Below, piece after piece: positions 28,155-37,309 of a stretch of 64,000 bases of DNA (the stretch's first letter is position 1; the number at the start of each line of letters is the position of its first letter). Origin of the DNA: an uncultured Gemmataceae bacterium (GTDB taxonomy: Bacteria > Planctomycetota > Planctomycetia > Gemmatales > Gemmataceae); contig CAVVPN010000010.1 in assembly GCA_963750165.1 (NCBI GenBank), positions 1 to 64,000 of the forward strand, given 5' to 3'. A program made the translations under genes and the position numbers. The notes beneath the pieces are model-generated. The model did no database searches, was not told where the DNA came from, and saw only the letters and a list, made by a program, of their open reading frames with translations.

Positions 28155-28586
28155 CTACTCTGGCGGCGGAGCCGGGGGATTGCTCGCGGCATCATCGGAC
28201 GCTGGGTTGCCTTCCTCCGTTGCCGGGGGAGGCATGGCGGCATCGACCTTGGCCAGCAGTTCAGCGATCACTGCCGGGGGCAAGATGCCAACGACTTGTT
28301 GCACGTCAGCGACCGGGATTTCCAGTTGCCAGCCGGCGACCGCCGCACACCGGCGGCGCAATCCCGACCGGGCTTTCCCCTGTGGATCCCAGGGAAGCAA
28401 CACGTGGTCCTCGGGAAGTGGAGTGGGCAGGCGCGTCGTGATGGCCAGGACGCGCAAGGCCCCATCGGCAACGATGTCGGCGCTGGCCGTCACGACGACG
28501 GCGGGGCGGACCTTGCGGAAGCCGTTGGCGTCCTCCAGTTCAGCCCAGATCACACTGCCCAGTTGCGGCAGCCGGGCCGAACTCAT
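28155..28586 (-). CDS. PemK/MazF-family toxin
   Basis: GSVIWAEL..GFRKVRPAVVV, VLAITT. Confidence 0.8.
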   Translation of the reverse strand: MSSARLPQLGSVIWAELEDANGFRKVRPAVVVTASADIVADGALRVLAITTRLPTPLPEDHVLLPWDPQGKARSGLRRRCAAVAGWQLEIPVADVQQVVGILPPAVIAELLAKVDAAMPPPATEEGNPASDDAASNPPAPPPE

Positions 28587-28897
28587 GGTTGCGACCCCTC
28601 CTCCGCCTCAAAAGGGTTGTCGATCTCGTCGAACCACGCCTGCGGCGGTCGCTGGGTTTTCGGCGCACGCGACCAGTCGATTTGTGTCGCCCGCTGTTCG
28701 ACTTCCTGGCGCGCCAGAACTTCGCGCAGCAGGTCAAGGAGTGCCAGGGGGACGACGGCCGCCAGGTCTTCGCCGTTGCGGCGGACGATCAGCGGCTTGC
28801 CTTCGGCGGCAACCTGGCTCAACACGTTTGAATACTCCTGGGCCACCCGCGGTTCGTCCACGCGGCCAGGCTCCGGGAGTAGGGACGGTGGGGTCAT
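28583..28897 (-). CDS. Phd/YefM-type antitoxin
   Basis: YSNVLSQVAAEGKPLIVRRNGEDLAAVVP; 4-bp overlap with the toxin. Confidence 0.8.
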   Translation of the reverse strand: MTPPSLLPEPGRVDEPRVAQEYSNVLSQVAAEGKPLIVRRNGEDLAAVVPLALLDLLREVLARQEVEQRATQIDWSRAPKTQRPPQAWFDEIDNPFEAEEGSQP

Positions 28898-29023
28898 GGT
28901 TCATTCCTTCAAGGCAATTTGGGTTGCTGTGTTTGTTGTCGCCCGGTCTCCTGACTGGCCATTGTATCACTTTTACCGGCCTCAGATGCCGAATCGAGCT
29001 GCGTCCTCTTTTCCTTTTATATG

Positions 29024-29425
29024 TTAATGCCATTCGGTCCTGACACCTTTTCTTTCTCCTTTGTCCTTCTCTTTTTCAAGAAACTCATCGTAGAGCTTCC
29101 AAAAGAGCAAAATCCCCTCCGATTCGCTCATTGTGTAAAACGAAATGATCTTACTCCATCCTTGAGATGAGTGCGTCTGATACCTCTCGATCACCCACAA
29201 GTTATACTTGGACAGATATTGTAATGCATCTGGCTCACCGGAGTTAACTTTCGCGTACGCATAGCCATGCAGATACGAGTACAAGTTATCGACTGACGGC
29301 GTGCCAATCATGAACATGTTTGTTCGCAAATACTCAATCAGCGAAGAGATATTGTTGAATGGTGATTCCTTTCCAACCACGGGAATGACCCTGACATTGG
29401 ATGACTTGTATTCGTCATTTTCCAT
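29024..29425 (-). CDS. Putative immunity protein
   Basis: Low GC, immediately downstream of the toxin; PSVDNLYSYLHGY..GWSKIISFY..FWKLYDEF. Confidence 0.65.
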   Translation of the reverse strand: MENDEYKSSNVRVIPVVGKESPFNNISSLIEYLRTNMFMIGTPSVDNLYSYLHGYAYAKVNSGEPDALQYLSKYNLWVIERYQTHSSQGWSKIISFYTMSESEGILLFWKLYDEFLEKEKDKGERKGVRTEWH

Positions 29426-29439
29426 TTCGCATCTCCCTC

Positions 29440-31108
29440 TTAAAGATTCCCAGACGAGAAAAATCGCTGGAATCGCTCCGCATTGAAGACGCCATTGTCA
29501 AAAAATCTCGATGCAGGCACAATTTGAGGAGGTCTGCTAGTAACAGGAGCAGAGAAACTAGGAATCCAATCCCGGGGCGCAACTCCTTGAGGAACCACAT
29601 TGTCGATTACAACTCCATTCACCTCAACGCCAATGTGGACACCAGTTTGAGAGATTGGTGTTAGCTCACCATTCACATTAGCAAACACTTGCCCTGATCC
29701 CGCCTGGAGTCTGACGACACGAATATTTGGTTGTGTGCCGATCGATTGAAGTATTGCCTCAGCTGCCTGGCGGCACTCAAGGTTTCCAAAACGGCTAGCA
29801 ATTGTTCTAGCTTGCTGAAGCGCGTTGGTCGCAACAATCGGAGTCAGAGTTCGCACAACGACCGCTGCTTCTTGTTCTACTGGTTCCAGCCTGGAAAACG
29901 AATCCTTTGGGTTGCTGGTGTATCTAACTATGTATGAGCAGACCTATTGGAACCCCCGCAGAACTGGAACGCCGCCGGCGCCGCGCCGTCGATCTCCTGG
30001 ACCAAGGCGAGTCCCCCACCGACATCGCCCGCATCCTCGGCGTGTGTCGCAACTCCCTGTACCGCTGGCACCGCCAGGCCCGCTCCGCTCCCGACGGCCT
30101 GGCCGCCAAGCCCCATCCCGGCCCCACCCCGCGCCTGCGCGACGACCAACTCGAACACCTGGAGGATCTCCTCCTGGACGGCGCCACCGCCCACGGCTGG
30201 CACAACGACCTGTGGACCGCCGCGCGCGTCGCCGTCCTGATCCAGCGCCACTTCGGCCTCGGCTTCCACCCCGAGCACGTCCGCAAGATCCTCAAGCGCC
30301 GCCTCCACTGAAGCAGTCAGAAACCGCAGGAGCGCTCGCGGGGGCACGACGACGAGGCCATCCTGCGCTGGCTGGACGGGGAGTTCCCGCGCATCGTAGC
30401 CGAGGCCCGGGCGCGCGACGCCCACCTCGTCTTCCTCGACGAATCCGGCTTCATGCTGACGCCGCTGGTGCGCCGCACCCTGGCGCCGCGGGGGATCACC
30501 CCCCTCCTGCCGGTGGCCAACCGGCGCGACCGCATCAGCGCCCTCAGCGCCATCACGCTGAGCCCCAAGCACTACCTGCCGGGGTTGTACTTCACGCTGC
30601 TGCCCGACAACACCAACGCCACGGCGGCCCATGTGGTCGCCTTCCTCAACGAGCTGAAGAAATCCTTGCCGCGCTTCACCGTGGTCTGGGACCGGAGCAA
30701 CATCCACGGGCGGTCGCGACTGGTCAAGGCGTACCTGGCGGAGCACCCCGAGGTGGTGGCGGAGGACTTCCCGCCGTACGCACCGCAGGAGAACCCCGAT
30801 GAGCTGGTCTGGGGGCACACCAAGTACGGCAAGCTGGCCAACTTCGCCCCGGCCGACGCCGGGGAACTGCGCAAGCGCGTATTCGCGGAGTTGCAGTGGC
30901 TCAAAAACCATCCCTACTTCTTGTACAGCTTCATTGACCACACCAGCTTGCCCTTGGTTTTGTAACGATGCCACTTTAGCCAGGCTGGATGCAGTACTAC
31001 CTGCTCCGTTTCTGAACCGATGGCTGCGAGCGCGTGAGCACCTGGGCTCATTCGCGATGATGTAACTCGTTTAGGACCCCTCGTGGATTGATTGCGTTGC
31101 TGAGCCAT
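29440..31108 (-). pseudogene. Papain-fold toxin (Tox-PL-2-like) gene interrupted by IS630
   Basis: FGNLECRQAA (Cys), TGVHIGV (His), VIDN (Asp); frame restored when the IS is removed. Confidence 0.7.
29935..30964 (+). mobile_element. IS630-family element; transposase 29934-30965 with in-frame TGA at 30309
   Basis: Winged HTH plus DDE (FLDESGF, VVWDRSNIH, PPYAPQENPDE); TGTA direct repeat at 29931 and 30961. Confidence 0.9.
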
Positions 31109-31515
31109 ACGCCATCCCCCTTATCCGGGGTCATCGGACACATTCTTGTCGAAATCGCCCGGCGACTATCGGCACTGTTGGTGTTGTCCCCTTCGCCGAA
31201 GTAGTGGTAGCGAAAGCGCTTGAAACCAGGTCCGGAGTTCGCCGCAAAAAAAACCCGTCGGCGGGCAGCCACCCCGGCAGTGTCGCAGAACTTCTGCCAT
31301 TCTACCAGTCGATCGGTTCCGGCAAAACGAAAAAATGCGGAAATGGGAAATTGGGACGCTCATGGCAAAGCCTGGCAGCAGAAAGCGTTGCAGAGAAAAC
31401 ACACCGACCTTCCGGCCCCGGTTCCGTCGCCCCTCTTGTGGCGATACTCGACGACAACGCCCCGCTTTCCAGACGCCACTTTCGTAAAATGGGCAGAAAC
31501 GGCTGAGGCACGGAC

Positions 31516-31992
31516 ATGACCAGCGAGACGAACGAGCGTTACATCGGCAGTCAGGTGCAATCACGGGCCAACGTCATCCTCACCCGGAGGGATGACCTGC
31601 GCGTCGTGGACACCAGGGAGCAGACCGGCCTGGACATGCACGTCTACGTGGACCGCGAGGACAAGCCGATGCGGCTCGTCTTCGGCGTGCTGTTGCGCGG
31701 CGTGCCCTCCCCGACGACCGCCGAGCGCGCGAACCAGGTCCTCGGCCCGACGCTGGGGTTCTTTCAGGCGCTGCGGAAGTTCACCTATCCCGTCTGCCTG
31801 TTCTTCTTCACCGTGAGGGAAGAACAGGCGTTCTTCACCTGGCTCGCCGAGCCGGTGGTGAACGGGGACGGCCCAAAACTCGTCCACCATACGCAGGCGC
31901 ATTGCGTCGAGCTGACGGACGCCTTGCTGGCAGACGCGGTCGATCGCATCGTCACGTGGTACGACGCCGTGGAGTCGGTGTTGATCGCCTGA
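31516..31992 (+). CDS. DUF4365-like PD-(D/E)xK-fold protein
   Basis: TGLDMHVYV..FGVLLRG, YPVCLFFF. Confidence 0.55.
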   Translation: MTSETNERYIGSQVQSRANVILTRRDDLRVVDTREQTGLDMHVYVDREDKPMRLVFGVLLRGVPSPTTAERANQVLGPTLGFFQALRKFTYPVCLFFFTVREEQAFFTWLAEPVVNGDGPKLVHHTQAHCVELTDALLADAVDRIVTWYDAVESVLIA

Positions 31993-32215
31993 AAGGGCTT
32001 GCGGGAAAAATCGGCCGCCGGGGCTCCAAAAAAGATGAACCCCTTGAACCCCTTGCTCGGAGTGGCGACCGCGGACGCCCGCCGGCAAAGTGCGGCAGGT
32101 CCGTCTGGCAGCGGCTGGCCCGTGAACGCCGTGAGCGCCTTGAGCCCCTTGCAAAGACTGGCAACCGCCGGCACGATCGCGGCGCGCCGACCCGCCGTCC
32201 GGGAAGGCAACCGGC

Positions 32216-32314
32216 TCAATGGTTGAACAGAAACTCGCGCCCCGTCAGCACCGACCAGAACAGGTCCTCGAACACCTCACGTCGCGGCTGTCCGTCGCAC
32301 GCCGCCTCGGCCAG
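32216..32314 (-). repeat. Diverged duplicate of the last 99 bp of the DUF1549/1553 gene
   Basis: Encodes LAEAACDGQPRREVFEDLFWSVLTGREFLFNH*; 12 mismatches versus 33284-33382. Confidence 0.95.
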
Positions 32315-32375
32315 ACACTTCAACAAGGTGAACAGGCGCATTGAGGAGCCTTATCCCGGTCAAGCAGGCATTCTG

Positions 32376-32916
32376 TCACCACAAGCGGTTGACGCCATAC
32401 AGGTCCAGGGCCACGTCCGTGCTGATGATCGGGATCGCTTCGACCGTCGCCTGGGCGACCAACAGGCGGTCGAACGGGTCGTTATGATGCGGCGGTAGCG
32501 TGGTCAGTACGCCCGTGTGTTTGGGCAGAATGTGCGAATGCGAAAGTCGTTGGTCGTGAGCTGCCGGTCCATGACGTCTCGTAGGGTTCCGGCAGGGCGT
32601 ACTTGCCCTTGCCGATTTTGATGGCGATTTCCCAGTAGCTCGCCAGGCTAGAGCGCGTTGCAGCCGGGTGTAGCGGGGGAGGCGGTGCCTTGGGTTGCCA
32701 GGCGGGGACCGGGAACACGTCATGGGATAGGTGAAAAGTGGCAATCTGGCAAAGTGGCAAACTCAACCCCATCCCCAGACGCTACACCCGACGGCAAAAC
32801 GCTCTAACCTCGACATCGTTCGCGGCATCTTCGATCAGCGCCCGGGCGGACGCGCTCAGCTGCGGGTCGTCCAGGATGAACCAGAGGAAGGCATGCGTGT
32901 CGAGCAAGACTCTCAC
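32376..32916 (-). pseudogene. VapC PIN toxin interrupted by a MITE
   Basis: VLLDTHAFLWF..EVS|LASYWEIAIK..HNDPFDRLLVAQA. Confidence 0.85.
32651..32804. mobile_element. 154-bp IS630-type MITE with TA duplication
   Basis: TA-GAGCGCGTTGCAGCCGGGTGTAGCG ... CGCTACACCCGACGGCAAAACGCTC-TA. Confidence 0.85.
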
Positions 32917-33143
32917 GGCATGTACTCCGCGAAGTCCTTCAGGTGCTCGTCATCATCCTGCAGGATGGTCAACACGCCCTTCGCACTTCCGGCCTTGCGG
33001 GGCGGCCGCGTGGTCGGCCCTTCGACGACCAGGCGCGCCACCGGCGTGGCGTTGCGGGTGATGACGAGTGGTTCTCCCGGTCGCAGGCGGTCGATCAGCT
33101 CCGGCAGCCGGGCCTGGGCCTCTTCGAGCGTTACGGTTGACAT
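32913..33143 (-). CDS. Phd/YefM-type antitoxin
   Basis: VTLEEAQARLPELI..VITRN..PVARL..RKAGSAKG. Confidence 0.85.
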   Translation of the reverse strand: MSTVTLEEAQARLPELIDRLRPGEPLVITRNATPVARLVVEGPTTRPPRKAGSAKGVLTILQDDDEHLKDFAEYMP

Positions 33144-33283
33144 TGCGAGACTCCCTGGATGGGTTTACCCTGCGGCAACAGGGGAACGGCATCCATTGAT
33201 TGTATCGCCTTGCCGGCGCAGCCGTCGCCGGCCAGGTCCTCCACGCCGAACGGCGCGACCAGTAAGGTGGTGCCGCCGACCCG

Positions 33284-35752
33284 TCAATGGTTAAACAAAA
33301 ATTCGCGCCCCGTCAGCACCGACCAGAACAGGTCCTCGAAGACCTCGCGCCGTCCCTGCCCGTCGCGGGCCGCCTCGGCCAGCAGCGCCAGGAAGCGCTG
33401 CAGCTCCGCCGGCGTCGGGTCGCGGCTCAGCGCCAGCAGGAACACGCGCCGCACCGCCTCCTCGTCGCCGAGCTTCTCCTTGACCCACTGCTCGACGCGC
33501 GATTGCTTGTCGCGCAGCCGGTCGTTGAGCGTCTTGCCGTTGCTCAGGTGCAGGGCCTGGCCGACGGTGGCGTCCTGCTGCCGCTCGCAGGCGCACGGCT
33601 GCGTGCGCTCCGGCCGGCCGAAGGCGTCCAGAAACTGCGACACCACCAGCGAGTCCGGCAGCTGCAGCGCCCGCGTGCCGAGCGGATACGCCGTCGTGCC
33701 GGCCACGCCGCCGCTGGCGCCGACCGCCACCTGTGTGAACTTCGTCGGCACCCCCGTCGCCTGCGCGTAGGCGTCCAGCACCACCTCCGCCGCCAACCGC
33801 CGCGGCAGGTAGCGCGAATAGTAACGGTCGTCGGCGCCGTTGCCCGCGGTCGGCTTCGCGCTGCGCTGGTAGGCCGCGGAGAGCATGATCGTGCGGATCA
33901 GCCGCTTCACGGCGTACTTGTGCTTGACGAAATCCTGGGCCAGCGCGTCGAGCAGTTCCTCGTTGCTGGCGGGGTTGGTCTGGCGCAGGTCGTCCTCCGC
34001 CTCGACCAGGCCGCGGCCCAGGAAGTTGCGCCAGACGCGGTTGACCAGCGCCCGCGCGAAGTACGGGTTGTCCGCCGCGGTCAGCCAGTCCGCGAAATAT
34101 TTGCGGCGGTCCACCGGACTGTCGAGCGGCAGCGGTTTGCCGTCGAGCGGCGCCGGCGGCAGGGCGACGCCACGGCGCAGGTGCGGCACGTCGCCGCCGG
34201 GCAGCGACTGCACCGACACCTCGCCGGGCCGGTCGCCGTTCTTCAGGCCGACGCGCGCGAACAGGTTCGCCAGCGCCCAGTATTGATCCTGCGTCCATTT
34301 CTCCAGCGGGTGGTTGTGGCAACGGCAGCAGGTGACGGACATGCCCAGGAACGTCACCGCGGTCGCCTCGGTCAGCTCGGCCACGTCCTTGTGCAGCACG
34401 AAATAGTTGGCGGCGCCGTTCTGCAGGTTGCTGCCCTGGGCGGTGAGGATGTCGCGGGCGAAGCGGTCCCACGGCTTGTTGTCCGCGACGCCCTGGCGGA
34501 CGTGCTGGTAGAACGCCCACATGGCCGGCTGCGGCAGCCGGCGGCTGGAGATCAGCAGCAGGTCGGACCACTTGTAGGCCCAGTAATCGACGAACTCCGG
34601 CCGCTCCAGCAGTGCGTCGATGAGTTTGGCCCGCTTGTCGGCGGCCTTGCTGGCGCGGAAGGCCCGCACCTCCTCCGGCGTCGGCAGGGTGCCGGCGCAG
34701 TCGAGGTACGCCCGGCGGATGAACTCGTCATCGCCGCAGAGAGGCGACGGCGGGATGTGCAGCTCCTGCAGCTTCTTCAGCACCAGTTCGTCGATGAAGT
34801 TGTGCCGTGGCGAGGCCGCGAACACCTTGGGATCGACCGCGGCGGCCCACGGCGAGGTGACGCGGGCCGACGCCACCAGGTTGGAGTAGATGACCGTGAT
34901 GGCCGCCTCGCCGCGGCCGGCGACGGTGACCAGGCCGTCCTCATCGACCGCCGCGACGAGGTCCTCGGTGCTGCCGAACTTGACCCGGCGCGTCACGTCC
35001 TCGGCGTGGCCGTCGCTGTACCAGGCGCGGACCACCAGCTGCAGCCGGTCCCTGGGTTTCAGCAGCGCCGCGGCGGGGAACACCTCCAGGCGCTGAATCC
35101 GTGCACCGTCCTGCTTCGGGCCGGGGGCGCCGCCGGCGATCCAGTCCGCGAGCACCTGGTACTCCGGCGTCTCGACTTCGAGGCGGAGGCCGCCGCCGTG
35201 CGCCACCGCCATCGTCGGCTTGCGCAGCAGCAGGCTCTGGGCAGGCTCCAGCTTGTTGACACGCCGGCCGAGCGCCTGCCGCGTCATCACGAAATGGTCG
35301 TCCGCCGGCGCGTAGCCGCGCAGTGACAGCTTGAAACCGCCCTTGCCCGCCAGGGCGCCGTGACAGGCCCCCGAGTTGCAGCCGAGCCGCGTCAGCACCG
35401 GGATGACGTGGTTGCGGAAGTCCCAGGTGAACGGCGTTTTCGTCTTGATTACCTTGACCTTGATGGCGGCCTGTTGCTGGCCGTGCGTGGCCGTGATCGT
35501 GGCCTCGCCGTCCGCGACCGCGCGCAGCGTGCCGTCGGCGTCCACCTTGACGACGGCGGGGTGGGAGGACGTGAGCTTCGCCTGTGCGGTCAGGTCGGCG
35601 GTCGCCCGGCCAGCGGCGGCGGTGACGACGAGCAGCCGCTGCGTGGCGTGCGGACCGGTCAGGACGACGGCGGGCGGCAACACTTTTAATTCTGCCGTAG
35701 CGCCGGAGGCCGCCAGCAGAACGATGGTCAGAGAGAGGAATTGTCTGGTCAT
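33284..35752 (-). CDS. DUF1549/DUF1553 (PSD1/PSCyt2) protein with Ig-like domains
   Basis: GCNSGACHG, EFIRRAYLD, CCRCHNHP, NPYFARALVNRVW, EFLFNH. Confidence 0.93.
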   Translation of the reverse strand: MTRQFLSLTIVLLAASGATAELKVLPPAVVLTGPHATQRLLVVTAAAGRATADLTAQAKLTSSHPAVVKVDADGTLRAVADGEATITATHGQQQAAIKVKVIKTKTPFTWDFRNHVIPVLTRLGCNSGACHGALAGKGGFKLSLRGYAPADDHFVMTRQALGRRVNKLEPAQSLLLRKPTMAVAHGGGLRLEVETPEYQVLADWIAGGAPGPKQDGARIQRLEVFPAAALLKPRDRLQLVVRAWYSDGHAEDVTRRVKFGSTEDLVAAVDEDGLVTVAGRGEAAITVIYSNLVASARVTSPWAAAVDPKVFAASPRHNFIDELVLKKLQELHIPPSPLCGDDEFIRRAYLDCAGTLPTPEEVRAFRASKAADKRAKLIDALLERPEFVDYWAYKWSDLLLISSRRLPQPAMWAFYQHVRQGVADNKPWDRFARDILTAQGSNLQNGAANYFVLHKDVAELTEATAVTFLGMSVTCCRCHNHPLEKWTQDQYWALANLFARVGLKNGDRPGEVSVQSLPGGDVPHLRRGVALPPAPLDGKPLPLDSPVDRRKYFADWLTAADNPYFARALVNRVWRNFLGRGLVEAEDDLRQTNPASNEELLDALAQDFVKHKYAVKRLIRTIMLSAAYQRSAKPTAGNGADDRYYSRYLPRRLAAEVVLDAYAQATGVPTKFTQVAVGASGGVAGTTAYPLGTRALQLPDSLVVSQFLDAFGRPERTQPCACERQQDATVGQALHLSNGKTLNDRLRDKQSRVEQWVKEKLGDEEAVRRVFLLALSRDPTPAELQRFLALLAEAARDGQGRREVFEDLFWSVLTGREFLFNH

Positions 35753-36081
35753 GGTGTGCGCTCGTTTGTGTTCTCGCCCGCTCGCGCCGCGGCCCGACGG
35801 TAGGCATCGATCTCAATGGCGATCAATTCCTGAATCAAGGTTGTTTCCGGCAATCCACTCGCTTCCAGATGCCACAGGATTCCGATGGCACCATCTGTCC
35901 TCCACCCGCGTGCCGCGCCCGCGGCGGCATACTCTTCCCGTGTGAACGCCAATCCCCCGAAGCCACAGCCTGCCCGTAAACCGTACAAGAAATCCCGCAC
36001 CGGCCGCAGCGTGGCCTGGTGAACGTACATCTGGGGGCGTTTGGCCACCCCAGCCAGTAGCTCGCACACCTTTTCCACCAC
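35749..36081 (-). CDS. Immunity-like hypothetical protein
   Basis: ELLAGVAKRPQMY..VRDFLYGL, loosely similar to 29024-29425. Confidence 0.5.
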   Translation of the reverse strand: MVEKVCELLAGVAKRPQMYVHQATLRPVRDFLYGLRAGCGFGGLAFTREEYAAAGAARGWRTDGAIGILWHLEASGLPETTLIQELIAIEIDAYRRAAARAGENTNERTP

Positions 36082-36100
36082 TGGACTTCTCCCGGTCGCG

Positions 36101-36730
36101 TCAACAGTTGCGCGCCTCGTATTCGTCTTCCCGCCGCTTTTCTTCCAGACATTCGATGTAGTCTCGCCGAATCGACGGGTGCAGTCGGTCGGCAAACGCT
36201 TCATCCAGGTCATTGTGGCGGATGAGTTCCACGACGTCGCCGAAATCCTTGTAACGGCGGGCCGCCAATTTCAGTTCAATCATCGTGGCCAGATTGATTA
36301 CGTGAACCTGTTGAAACAATTCGCTCACCACTGCCGGATCGGGGAAGGCAATCGGGCCGGGTTTACCGCTGCCCGGGAAGCGTCCGGTGACCAGGATGTC
36401 GAGGGTAACGCCGTTGGTCCGATCCGTTAATCGGCGCGGGCGGTTCGGAAAGGGTTCGTAATATTTGGGCACGAACCGGCGGCAGAATTCTTCAAAGCCG
36501 TGCTGGGTGAGCAGAATGTCCACGTCCTCGGTGGCACGCCGGAAGCGGTGGGCGGTGAGCGCCATGGCGCCCATCACGGCGTAAGGAATCTCGGCCTTCT
36601 CCAGGCGCTTCACCAGTCTGCGGAGCGACTGATGGACTTTATCTTTGCCGGCGAAGAACAAGGATAATTCCTCCCAAGCGCTGAGGGTGCGGCGGAGCCG
36701 TTTGGATCGTCGTTCGGCGGGAGCAGTCAT
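36101..36730 (-). CDS. Nucleotidyltransferase-fold protein
   Basis: YAVMGAMAL..RATEDVDIL, ELKLAARRYKDFGDV. Confidence 0.75.
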   Translation of the reverse strand: MTAPAERRSKRLRRTLSAWEELSLFFAGKDKVHQSLRRLVKRLEKAEIPYAVMGAMALTAHRFRRATEDVDILLTQHGFEEFCRRFVPKYYEPFPNRPRRLTDRTNGVTLDILVTGRFPGSGKPGPIAFPDPAVVSELFQQVHVINLATMIELKLAARRYKDFGDVVELIRHNDLDEAFADRLHPSIRRDYIECLEEKRREDEYEARNC

Positions 36731-36746
36731 GCGGCACCTGAATGAA

Positions 36747-37297
36747 TCACAAAGTAAACAGGTGGGCGAGCGCCAGGCGAAACCCTGGCAACACCGGGTC
36801 ACCGTTGAGTTCGTCCGCCACGGCCAGGATGTTCACCTGCGTCGGGGAGGTGTAGGCGTAGATGAGCCGCTGCAGGGGCACCACCACCCACACCAATTGA
36901 ACGTTCGCGGTGAAATACTCCTGCAACTTTTGCAACACATCCGTCATCGAGTTCGTGAGGCTGATGACCTCCACCGCCAGGTTCGGGGACGCCTCGTACT
37001 GGGCCGGGTCGGTCTGCATCACGCTGTCGGGTACCAGCCGTTCGTTGGCGACGAAGGCGAGGTCCGGCCGGCGCGACAGTCCGGTCGATAGAGAGAACAA
37101 CATCTCCACAAAAACGCGGCCCAGTTTGTTTTGCGCGCGAAGGCCCATAAGTGGCCTGCCAGTTCTGAGGCAACCCCAACAGCCAACGCCCCCATCGGTG
37201 GAACCTCCTGCCGTTGGCCGTTCACAATCTCATACAACGCATCCCCGTCGATGGGCTCACTACCCGGGATGATGGGTAACGCGGTGGCAGTCGTCAT
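36747..37297 (-). CDS. Uma2 family endonuclease (frameshift near 37145)
   Basis: YEIVNGQ, RRPDLAFV, PNLAVEVIS, LVWVV, VLPGF. Confidence 0.85.
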
Positions 37298-37309
37298 GCT
37301 CCCCTCCGG

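Noticed and set aside
30309..30311. TGA read-through or alternative genetic code in the IS630 transposase
   Set aside because: A TGG-to-TGA nonsense change is simpler; TGA terminates many core genes in this window.
27080..33280. Integron cassette array
   Set aside because: No intI gene, no recurring attC-like repeat between cassettes, and mixed orientations.
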